Below, in pieces: positions 47,017 to 55,263 of a stretch of 64,000 bases of DNA. Each line of letters begins with the position of its first letter. The first letter of the stretch is position 1. The stretch is from Patescibacteria group bacterium (GTDB lineage: Bacteria > Patescibacteriota > Minisyncoccia > Phycocordibacterales > Phycocordibacteraceae). The notes below the pieces were generated by a model. It worked only from the letters and a program-made list of their open reading frames with translations, was not told where the DNA came from and ran no database searches. A program made the position numbers and the translations under genes. The DNA is taken from positions 1,133 through 65,132 of the forward strand of contig JAGWVF010000002.1 of NCBI GenBank assembly GCA_018971045.1, given 5' to 3'.

Positions 47017-47121
47017 TGCCAGGCCGCTCCACAAGAGCGGACTCACACAAAGCGTTCGACCCGATCAATCCGATCCGGCCGGCGCTTTTCAATTTTATCC
47101 CTGCATGGTAGAGTGGCAATC

Positions 47122-47475
47122 ATGTCAATCCGAATGCGCCATACCCGCGGGCATACGAATAACCGCCGTTCGCATCACGCCCTGTCTGCGAAGACGACAG
47201 TCAAGGACAAGGAGAGCGGCAATATCCGCCTTCCTCACCGCCTCGATGAGGCGACGGGTATGTATCGCGGCAAGCAGATCGCACCCGCCCGTTCCCCTCA
47301 TGCGAAAAAGGAAAAAGTAAAAGGCCCCTCGACGGCACCCATTGCACCTCATATTCACGAGCACGCGCATGAGGAACACCAAAATGCCGAAGCGAAAAGC
47401 TCGAAGGGCATCACGGGCAAGGTCGCGACCGGCGGCCGGCCGAAGGCGCGGTCAGGCTTCGGGGGAGGCGTTTAA
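47122..47475 (+). CDS. rpmF: 50S ribosomal protein L32 (Cys-less) with His/Lys-rich C-terminal extension
   Basis: RHTRGHTNNRRSHHAL...PHR....GMYRGK; upstream of nusB/rnc. Confidence 0.85.
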   Translation: MSIRMRHTRGHTNNRRSHHALSAKTTVKDKESGNIRLPHRLDEATGMYRGKQIAPARSPHAKKEKVKGPSTAPIAPHIHEHAHEEHQNAEAKSSKGITGKVATGGRPKARSGFGGGV

Positions 47476-47554
47476 TTAATTTGTGCACATGATAGAGCGC
47501 GGCCGCGCTTCCCGCGGCCGCGCTCTTTGCTATACTGGCAACATAGATCTTTCC

Positions 47555-48481
47555 ATGGCGAACCGACATTTAGCGCGCTCCGTGATCCTTCAGACCTTGT
47601 TTGAGTGGGATACGACGAACTCCTCTCCCGAACAGGCGGAGGCGATGCTCGAGCGCAATGTCGTCGAATTCGGCGGCGGCGATATCGACCGTTCGTTTTT
47701 GGATCAGCTTCTCCACGGCGTGCTCGCAAAACAGCACGACATTGACCGCGTCATTGAAAAGGCCGCGCCTGAATGGCCGCTCGATCGGATCGCGCCGATC
47801 GACCGCAACATTCTGCGCCTCGGACTCTACGAACTTCTCTTCGCCGATCGAACTCAAGTCCCCGCCAAGGTGGCGATCAATGAGGCGATTGAGCTCGCCA
47901 AGACCTTCGGCAGCGATTCAAGCGGACGTTTCGTGAACGGCGTTCTCGGTGCCGTCTACAAAGAACTCGGCGAGCCCGGAAAAGAGGAGCAGGGAGCGAA
48001 GAAGACTGCGAAGACGCGGTACGAAGATATGCCGCTCCAACGGCTCGGGGGAGCGGTGGTTTACAGCAGGCACAACGGCCAGATTTATCTTGCGCTCGTG
48101 CATGACGTCTTCGGGCACTGGACCCTCTCTAAGGGCAAAATCGGCGACAATCCGACGGTAGAAAAGGAGACGGCCGAGCAGGGAACGATACGGGAGATCA
48201 AAGAGGAGATCGGACTCGATATCGTCATCGAAGACAAGATCGGCGAGAATGAGTACACCGCTTCACACCCCGAACGCGGGAAATACCGCAAGCACGTGAT
48301 CTACTTTCTCGCAAGAGCCGACTTCGAGCCGCTCGTACTTCAGCAGGGGAAGGGCGGCCTTGACGACGCCAAGTGGTTCCGCCTCCAGGACATCATTGAT
48401 CTCAACTTTTACGACGATATGCTCCCGATCGTCACGAACGCCGTCCAGAAGCTTCTCGACAAGCCGACCAGCCATAGATAG
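47555..48481 (+). CDS. nusB: NusB fused to a C-terminal NUDIX hydrolase domain
   Basis: RHLAR..LQTLFEWD, DRNILRLG, INEAIELAKTFG, FVNGVLG; then KGK...E...GTIREIKEEIG Nudix box. Confidence 0.9.
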   Translation: MANRHLARSVILQTLFEWDTTNSSPEQAEAMLERNVVEFGGGDIDRSFLDQLLHGVLAKQHDIDRVIEKAAPEWPLDRIAPIDRNILRLGLYELLFADRTQVPAKVAINEAIELAKTFGSDSSGRFVNGVLGAVYKELGEPGKEEQGAKKTAKTRYEDMPLQRLGGAVVYSRHNGQIYLALVHDVFGHWTLSKGKIGDNPTVEKETAEQGTIREIKEEIGLDIVIEDKIGENEYTASHPERGKYRKHVIYFLARADFEPLVLQQGKGGLDDAKWFRLQDIIDLNFYDDMLPIVTNAVQKLLDKPTSHR

Positions 48482-48554
48482 GCCGGTAGCCGAGACGATA
48501 CCTTCCAACATTTGATTTTCCTATAGTCTCCTGCATACTGCTACTGTGAACGCC

Positions 48555-49247
48555 ATGTCTGATGTCGCTTCGTGCGCCGCGCGCCTGGGCCTCGCTTTCA
48601 AAAATCTCGATCTTCTGGTCGAGGCGCTTACCCATCGCTCCTATTTGAACGAACATCGCGAGTATGCGGGAGCGCATAATGAACGTCTCGAATTTCTCGG
48701 CGACGCGGTTCTCGAGCTCGCGGCGACTGATTTTTTGTATAAAAAATTTCCGGCGAACCCCGAGGGCGAGCTCACGGCTTATCGCGCGGCGCTCGTCAAC
48801 ACAGTCTCCTTGGCGGAGACGGCGCAGCAGCTCGGCATCAATGAATTCCTCCTTTTGTCGAAGGGCGAGTCGAGAGACACGGGGCGCGCGCGCGAGGCGA
48901 TTCTCGCGGACGCCTTTGAAGCGATCATCGGCGCCGCCTATCTCGATCAGGGCTATGCGGCCGCCGAGGCCTTCATCGCGCGCAATCTTTTCGGAAAGAT
49001 CGAGGATATTATCGTCAAGCGTTCCTATCAAGACGGGAAGAGCCGCTTCCAAGAGGCGGCGCAAGAGAAGCGCGGCATCACGCCGGAATACAAGACTCTT
49101 TCGGAAGAGGGGCCCGACCACGCGAAGCTCTTTACGGTCGGCGTGTTCATCGGCGGAGAAGAGATCGCGCGAGGCGAAGGTCAATCGAAACAAGGAGCGG
49201 AGCAGGCCGCGGCGGATGCGGCATTGCGAATGATGCAGTGGGCCTAG
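48555..49247 (+). CDS. rnc: Ribonuclease III
   Basis: ALTHRS, NERLEFLGDAVL, DAFEAIIGA, dsRBD with G.SKQ.AEQ.AA. Confidence 0.96.
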   Translation: MSDVASCAARLGLAFKNLDLLVEALTHRSYLNEHREYAGAHNERLEFLGDAVLELAATDFLYKKFPANPEGELTAYRAALVNTVSLAETAQQLGINEFLLLSKGESRDTGRAREAILADAFEAIIGAAYLDQGYAAAEAFIARNLFGKIEDIIVKRSYQDGKSRFQEAAQEKRGITPEYKTLSEEGPDHAKLFTVGVFIGGEEIARGEGQSKQGAEQAAADAALRMMQWA

Positions 49248-49283
49248 CATCGCTTTCAATTTCATTTGGTACAATAGAGGGCG

Positions 49284-51500
49284 ATGCTGAAGCGACTCGA
49301 GATCGTCGGATTTAAGTCGTTCGCCAAGAAGACGGTCTTGGATTTTGGAAACGCGACGACCGCGGTCGTGGGGCCGAACGGCTCGGGAAAGTCGAACGTC
49401 GCCGAGGCGTTCCGCTTCGCACTCGGCGAACAGTCGATGAAGAGCATGCGCGGTAAGCGCGCCGAGGACCTTATCTTCAACGGTTCGCACACTGCGCCCC
49501 GGGCGAACCGAGCGGCGGTGGTCATAGTTTTTGATAATGCGCGCCGTGCTTTTAAGATTGATTTCGACGAGGTCGCGATCGAGCGCGTGGTGCATCGCGA
49601 CGGCACGAGCGAGTATTCGATTAACGGCTCCCGCGTGCGGTTGCGCGATATCGAGGAATTGCTCGCGAGCGCCAACATCGGCGAGACCGGCCACCACATC
49701 ATTTCGCAGGGCGAGGCGGATCGGATCCTGCTCGCCAGTCCGCGCGATCGCCGCGCGATGCTGGAGGACGCGCTCGGATTAAAAATATATGAGTTTAAAA
49801 AACAAGAGGCCGAGCGGAAGCTCGTCAAGACGGAAGAGAATATCGCGCAGGTCAACTCGCTCCGGCGCGAACTCGCGCCGCACCTGCGCTTTCTCGAAAG
49901 TCAGGTAAAGAAACTCGAGCGCGCGGACGCGCTGAAGGCGGAGCTCGTCGGCCTCGCGCAAACCTATTTTGCGATTGAGGACGCGTATATCGCTAAGGAA
50001 AAAAAACAGGCCGCCGATGATCTTCGTGACGCGCGAGAACGGCTCGCCGTGGTTTCAGCCGAGCTTGAACGCGTCGCCGATCCGAAAACCGCTGACGAGG
50101 AGACGATTCGGCGCGCCGAAGCGCTTCGCAAAGCGGAACGAGAGGTGTCGGAGCTCTCGATAGAGCGCGCGGCTCTTTCTCGCGAAACGGGGCGTATCGA
50201 AGGAGCGCTCGCCGAAGTGAAACGCCGCGCGACGGCGGCCGCGCGCGATTCGTATGCCAAAGTTTCGTATGAAGATCTTGAGGCGCTCCACGTCGAGGTG
50301 GAGCGCGAAGTCGAGCGCGCGGGCGACACGATGCAGTCGATGCTCGCCGCGCTCGATTCGATAAAACGCGCTGTCCAACTTTTTTTCACTCGCTACGGCT
50401 CGCCTGACACGGAGCGCTTTACCGAAGAAGGCGCGGCGGCGAAACTCGAGGAAGAGCAGGCGATCCTTGCGGAAAAATGTACCGCAGTTTCAACCGCGCT
50501 TGAAAGAGCCGAATCCGCACGGACACGGGCGCGAGAGGCGATGGTCGCGCTCGAACAAACGGGCCGCGAGATTCGCCGCCGCATTCTCGATTCGGCACAG
50601 GCGAAAGCGCACGAGGAGGGGAATATCGCCAAGATTGAAGCGCGCATTCATGAGCTCGCTCTTCTTGCCGATATGCTCGAACGAAATAAAGGAGAGGCGC
50701 TCGCCGTCGCGGGCTCCGCCGCGCTTTCGTACGCGCCGCTCGAACGCTTGCCGGAGGAGGAGCGCGCCGTACAGGAGGGTCGAGACCACGCGCTCGAGCG
50801 GATGAAGATCCGCCTTGAAGAAGCGGGCGGGACCGGCGAGGAGATTCGCCATGAACACAAAGAGGTCAGCGAGCGCGAAACTTTTCTTGCGGCAGAGCTC
50901 GAGGACCTCGCGAAGTCGGCCGCAGGTCTCGGCGCCCTTATTAATGATTTGAATACCGAACTCGCGAAGCATTTCTCCGAAGGGCTCGCGAAAGTGAATG
51001 CTTCATTTAACGAATACTTTTCGCTTATGTTTGGCGGCGGCAACGGGCGGCTCGTGCTTGAGGAGCCGGAGCAAATCGATAGTGACGAGGACGGTGCCGA
51101 GGAGGGAGGCCGTGAGAATGTCGGCGAAAGAGAAAAGAAAGACCGCGCGGGCATCGAGATCGCCGTCAATTTGCCGAAAAAGAAAGTCCGCTCTCTGATG
51201 CAGCTCTCGGGAGGCGAGCGCGCCTTGACCAGCATCGCGCTTATCTTCGCGATGAGCCAGGTCAACCCGCCGCCCTTTCTTATTCTTGACGAGACCGACG
51301 CCGCGCTTGACGAGGCCAATAGCCGCCGGTACGGCGATATGATCGAGAACTTGGCCGCGAAGAGCCAGCTCATCGTGATCACTCACAACCGCGAGACGAT
51401 GATGCGCGCGGGCGTTCTCTACGGCGTCACCATGGGCGGTGACGGCGTCAGTAAATTGCTGTCCGTAAAGTTCGACGAAGCCGTCGCCGTGGCGAAATAA
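49284..51500 (+). CDS. smc: SMC-family ATPase, short (no recognisable hinge)
   Basis: GFKSF, GPNGSGKSN, LSGGE, ILDETDAALD, ITHN; only 738 aa. Confidence 0.85.
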   Translation: MLKRLEIVGFKSFAKKTVLDFGNATTAVVGPNGSGKSNVAEAFRFALGEQSMKSMRGKRAEDLIFNGSHTAPRANRAAVVIVFDNARRAFKIDFDEVAIERVVHRDGTSEYSINGSRVRLRDIEELLASANIGETGHHIISQGEADRILLASPRDRRAMLEDALGLKIYEFKKQEAERKLVKTEENIAQVNSLRRELAPHLRFLESQVKKLERADALKAELVGLAQTYFAIEDAYIAKEKKQAADDLRDARERLAVVSAELERVADPKTADEETIRRAEALRKAEREVSELSIERAALSRETGRIEGALAEVKRRATAAARDSYAKVSYEDLEALHVEVEREVERAGDTMQSMLAALDSIKRAVQLFFTRYGSPDTERFTEEGAAAKLEEEQAILAEKCTAVSTALERAESARTRAREAMVALEQTGREIRRRILDSAQAKAHEEGNIAKIEARIHELALLADMLERNKGEALAVAGSAALSYAPLERLPEEERAVQEGRDHALERMKIRLEEAGGTGEEIRHEHKEVSERETFLAAELEDLAKSAAGLGALINDLNTELAKHFSEGLAKVNASFNEYFSLMFGGGNGRLVLEEPEQIDSDEDGAEEGGRENVGEREKKDRAGIEIAVNLPKKKVRSLMQLSGGERALTSIALIFAMSQVNPPPFLILDETDAALDEANSRRYGDMIENLAAKSQLIVITHNRETMMRAGVLYGVTMGGDGVSKLLSVKFDEAVAVAK

Positions 51501-51508
51501 ATGGAGAT

Positions 51509-53509
51509 TTACGAAACTCCCGTTGAGACGGGAATGAAGTCGAGTTCTTTTTCCGCGATTCGGGCGGCGGTGAGTTTAACTCTGATCGGATCACCGAGAC
51601 GGTAGACCTTCTTCGAACGGCGGCCGACGAGACGATATTGCTTTTCTTCGTAGTCGAAATAATCTCCTTCTTGGCCGGGGAGCTCTCCGAGGATGCGGAT
51701 ATTCACCATCCCGTCGGCATGCGTGGTCTGCTCTTCGACGTAGAAACCGCGCTCGGTGACGCCCGAGATTATCGCGTCAAACACCTCGCCCACTTTGTCA
51801 GCGAGGAATTCGACCTGCTTCATTTTGATCGAGTCGCGCTCGGCGTCGGCGGCCGCCACCTCGCGCTCCGAGGCGTGGATCGCGAGCGTGTCGAACTCCT
51901 GCATCTCGGCGGGAGTGATCGGTATGCCGCCCGCATGCGCTTTGATCAAGCGATGCACGATGAGATCGGGGTAGCGACGGATAGGGGAGGTGAAGTGAGT
52001 ATAAAATTCGAACGCGAGACCGAAGTGACCGATGTTTCGCGTGGTGTAGACAGCCTTGCTCATCGAGCGCAGGGTCGCTGTTTTGATGAGGTATTCCTCC
52101 GGTTTTCCTTTTACTGCTTCGAGCAGGGTATTGAGCTCGGCGCCGGTTACCTTGCCGCCCGATGTCTTCAGATGGTAGCCGAGCACGCGCAGAAGGTGCG
52201 TGAGATTCTCGATGCGGTTTGTATCGGGCTCATCATGGATGCGGTAGAGCGACTGAAAATGCGGACCGCCGTTGCTCGTCAGCTTCGCGAGATGCTTCGC
52301 GGCCGCTTCGTTCGCGAGAAGCATGAAGTCCTCTATCATTAAATTGGTTGCTTTGCGCTCCTTGAGTTTAATCGCGATCGGCTTGCCATTTCCATCGAGC
52401 TCCACTTTTATTTCAGCGGTGTCGAATTCGATCGCGCCTTTTGCTTGGCGGCGGGCGCGGATCTTCTGCGAGAGGCCGAGGAGAGTCGAGAGTTCGGAGG
52501 CGAGCTCTCCCGAGCCGGCGTCGAGCACGTCCTGTGCATTTTCATAGGTGAATCGCCTGTCAGAGTGGATTACGGTTTCGCCGAACCAAACGTTTTTCAC
52601 CATCGCCTCGCCGTCAAGCGTGAAGACCGCGGATACCGCGAGGCGGTCTTGATCGGGATTCAGCGAACAGAGATCGGTCGAGAGAATATGCGGGAGCATC
52701 GGAATAGTGCGATCGACGAGATATACCGAGGTGGCCCGCTCCCGCGCCTCTTTGTCGAGCTCGCTGTTCGGCCTCACAAAGTAGGAGACATCGGCAATAT
52801 GGACGCCCACTTCAGTATCCCCATCAGGCAATGTGCGGATGGAGAGCGCATCGTCGAAGTCCTTGGCGTCGAAGGGGTCGATGGTGCAGGTGCTCACGTG
52901 CCGGAAGTCGGCGCGCGGATTTTCCGCGATACGGCGCGCCGCTTCCGCAATAAGTATTTCGCGGCCGCCGGCCTCGAGAGTCCGAGCTTCGGCGACCACG
53001 CCCGGAGGGAAGTCAGTCGAGAACCCTTGGCCGAGCGCGAGCGCGCGCATCTCCGTCTCATGATTCCCGGCAGGGCCGATCACCTCAAGGATCTCGCCGA
53101 GCGGGTACTCTTTATCGGCATCCCAGCGTACGAGCTTCACGAGTGCCTTGCTACCGATGGCCGCGCCGCCGCGACTGAGAATGACGAGCGGAACATGCAT
53201 TTTCTTATAATCAGGTTGCAGATAGACGAGCCCGTTCTCCTCGATGAGGGTGCCGACAAATGTCTCGCGGGCGCGGGAAACGATAGCGGTCACCCTCCCC
53301 GCCTCTCGCGGCGGCATCCGTCCAGAAGGATCGCGGTAGCTGCCGGCGCGTTCGATTTTTACGACGTCGCCCGAGAGCGCGTGGCCTGTCAATTCGGGCG
53401 GGACGAGGAGATCTTCCTGCCCCTCTTTAAGCGGGAAAAAGCCGAAGCCTTTTCGGGTCATGATGATCGGACCTTCGAGCTGAGGGTCCGTTGATGCGCG
53501 GTCTGACAT
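51509..53509 (-). CDS. rnr: RNase R / RNB-family exoribonuclease
   Basis: TIDPFDAKDFDDAL, HIADVS, FMLLAN, HFTSPIRRYPD, C-terminal S1. Confidence 0.9.
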   Translation of the reverse strand: MSDRASTDPQLEGPIIMTRKGFGFFPLKEGQEDLLVPPELTGHALSGDVVKIERAGSYRDPSGRMPPREAGRVTAIVSRARETFVGTLIEENGLVYLQPDYKKMHVPLVILSRGGAAIGSKALVKLVRWDADKEYPLGEILEVIGPAGNHETEMRALALGQGFSTDFPPGVVAEARTLEAGGREILIAEAARRIAENPRADFRHVSTCTIDPFDAKDFDDALSIRTLPDGDTEVGVHIADVSYFVRPNSELDKEARERATSVYLVDRTIPMLPHILSTDLCSLNPDQDRLAVSAVFTLDGEAMVKNVWFGETVIHSDRRFTYENAQDVLDAGSGELASELSTLLGLSQKIRARRQAKGAIEFDTAEIKVELDGNGKPIAIKLKERKATNLMIEDFMLLANEAAAKHLAKLTSNGGPHFQSLYRIHDEPDTNRIENLTHLLRVLGYHLKTSGGKVTGAELNTLLEAVKGKPEEYLIKTATLRSMSKAVYTTRNIGHFGLAFEFYTHFTSPIRRYPDLIVHRLIKAHAGGIPITPAEMQEFDTLAIHASEREVAAADAERDSIKMKQVEFLADKVGEVFDAIISGVTERGFYVEEQTTHADGMVNIRILGELPGQEGDYFDYEEKQYRLVGRRSKKVYRLGDPIRVKLTAARIAEKELDFIPVSTGVS

Positions 53510-53556
53510 TTGAGTCACTCTAGCAATATTCCGCGTCTTCTGCTATAGTCGCCTGC

Positions 53557-53952
53557 ATGTTGATGATTCGATTTCAACGCACCGGCCGGACCAATGATCC
53601 GGCGTTTCGCATCGTCGTCCTCGAAAAAGAACGCGCCGCCAAAGCGGGCGCTCTTGTCGAGCTTCTCGGCACCTATAATCCGCACAGTAAAGCGATGACG
53701 CTCAATAAGGAGCGAGTTTCCTATTGGATGAGCAAGGGAGCCCAGCCGACAGATTCGATCAAGAATCTTCTCATCAATAAGGGCGTCATTGAGGGTACCA
53801 AGGTGAATGTGCTTCCCAAGAAGACTCCGCAGAAGAACGAGGCCGCACTCAAGGCTGAAGCTGAGGCTCTGGCCGCCGCCAAGGCCGCGGCGGCCGTACA
53901 ACCAGCGGCCGCAGAAGAGCCGGCGATAGACGAGACTCCCGCAACGCCGTAA
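53557..53952 (+). CDS. rpsP: 30S ribosomal protein S16
   Basis: MIRFQRTG...FRIVV, LGTYNP, W.SKGAQPT. Confidence 0.93.
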   Translation: MLMIRFQRTGRTNDPAFRIVVLEKERAAKAGALVELLGTYNPHSKAMTLNKERVSYWMSKGAQPTDSIKNLLINKGVIEGTKVNVLPKKTPQKNEAALKAEAEALAAAKAAAAVQPAAAEEPAIDETPATP

Positions 53953-53999
53953 TACCGTATCGTGAGCTCTTCTGCTCACGACTCCCGTTTACTGCTACT

Positions 54000-54323
54000 A
54001 TGTCATTTATGGAATCAGATCAGGCATTTCTCGAATACTCGGTGAAGGCGCTTGTCGATCATCCCGAAGCGGTCGAGACGACTCGCATCATCGATCAGAT
54101 GGGCGTACTCCTTACGCTCACGGTCCACCCCGATGACATGGGAAAGATTATCGGGAAGAGCGGAAAGACTGCCGAGGCGCTCCGCATTCTCCTGCGAATC
54201 GTGGGGATGAAAGGGAACGCGCGGGTAAATCTCAAGATCAATGAACCGGCGGGTGGAAAGCGCGAAGCTCCCTCGACAGCTCCTGAAATGAAGACCGTCG
54301 ACCAGGTGGTTGAGGAGTTATAA
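54000..54323 (+). CDS. KH-domain RNA-binding protein (KhpA/YlqC family)
   Basis: LVDHPE, VHPDDMGKIIGKSG; position after rpsP. Confidence 0.9.
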   Translation: MSFMESDQAFLEYSVKALVDHPEAVETTRIIDQMGVLLTLTVHPDDMGKIIGKSGKTAEALRILLRIVGMKGNARVNLKINEPAGGKREAPSTAPEMKTVDQVVEEL

Positions 54324-55030
54324 TGAGGAAAATCTCAATCGTTATCATTAAATTTCATCTCATCACGCTGTTCCCCGAAGCCTGCGACGCATACTTGAAT
54401 GCGTCGATTATCGGTCGCGCGCGCAAGGAGAAGAAGATAACGGTGAAGTATGAGACCCCGCGCGACTACGTCGATAATAAATGGGGTAAGGTCGATGAGC
54501 GCCCGTATGGCGGCGGACCCGGAATGGTCATGACTGCGCTTCCGGTCGTTAAGGCCGTACAAAATGCTTTAAAATTGAAAAACGCGCCGAAACGGAAAGC
54601 GATTATCATCTGGTTCTCTCCGGCAGGGAAGCAGTTCAATAATAAAGAAGCGGACAAGCTCGCAAAATATACCGACGTGGCGCTCGTGTGCGGCCGGTAC
54701 GAGGGGATCGACGAGCGCGCAAAGAAAATCCTCAAAACTCTGGCTCCCGTAAAAGAATATGCCGTCGGCGAAGCGGTTTATACCGGCGGCGAAGTACCGG
54801 CGCTCGCGATTATTGACGCCGTTACGCGCCGCCTACCCGGCGTGCTCGGAAAGGACGAGTCGGTCGAGGAGCGCCGCATTGCCTCCTCGGCAGTTTACAC
54901 CCGCCCCGAGATCATCGAATACGGAGAGAGGAAATATCGTGCGCCCGCCGTTCTGCGAACGGGGCATCACGCAAATATTGACTCTTGGAAACGAAAGAGG
55001 AGCGTTACGAGGAAGCGCAAGGATCATTAG
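54323..55030 (+). CDS. trmD: tRNA (guanine37-N1)-methyltransferase
   Basis: ITLFPE, DERPYGGGPGMV, CGRYEGIDER, TGGE, YTRP. Confidence 0.95.
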   Translation: MRKISIVIIKFHLITLFPEACDAYLNASIIGRARKEKKITVKYETPRDYVDNKWGKVDERPYGGGPGMVMTALPVVKAVQNALKLKNAPKRKAIIIWFSPAGKQFNNKEADKLAKYTDVALVCGRYEGIDERAKKILKTLAPVKEYAVGEAVYTGGEVPALAIIDAVTRRLPGVLGKDESVEERRIASSAVYTRPEIIEYGERKYRAPAVLRTGHHANIDSWKRKRSVTRKRKDH

Positions 55031-55263
55031 TCGCGACCATCGGGCGGTTTTCGTTTATCCCCACCCCTTGCGCTTTTCGGGGGTCTTTTGGTACACTACT
55101 GACACAAGATACGAGTGAGTACTGGAGGGCAGTGCCGTACAGATTCATAGAGAAAACGAAGAAACGCACAAGCGAGGGGAGTACCTTCGTGCGTTCGCAT
55201 TTATATATCTAGTGCGAGTGTTGGCAGAATACCGGGCGATTATCACTTCAACGGCAATAACAT

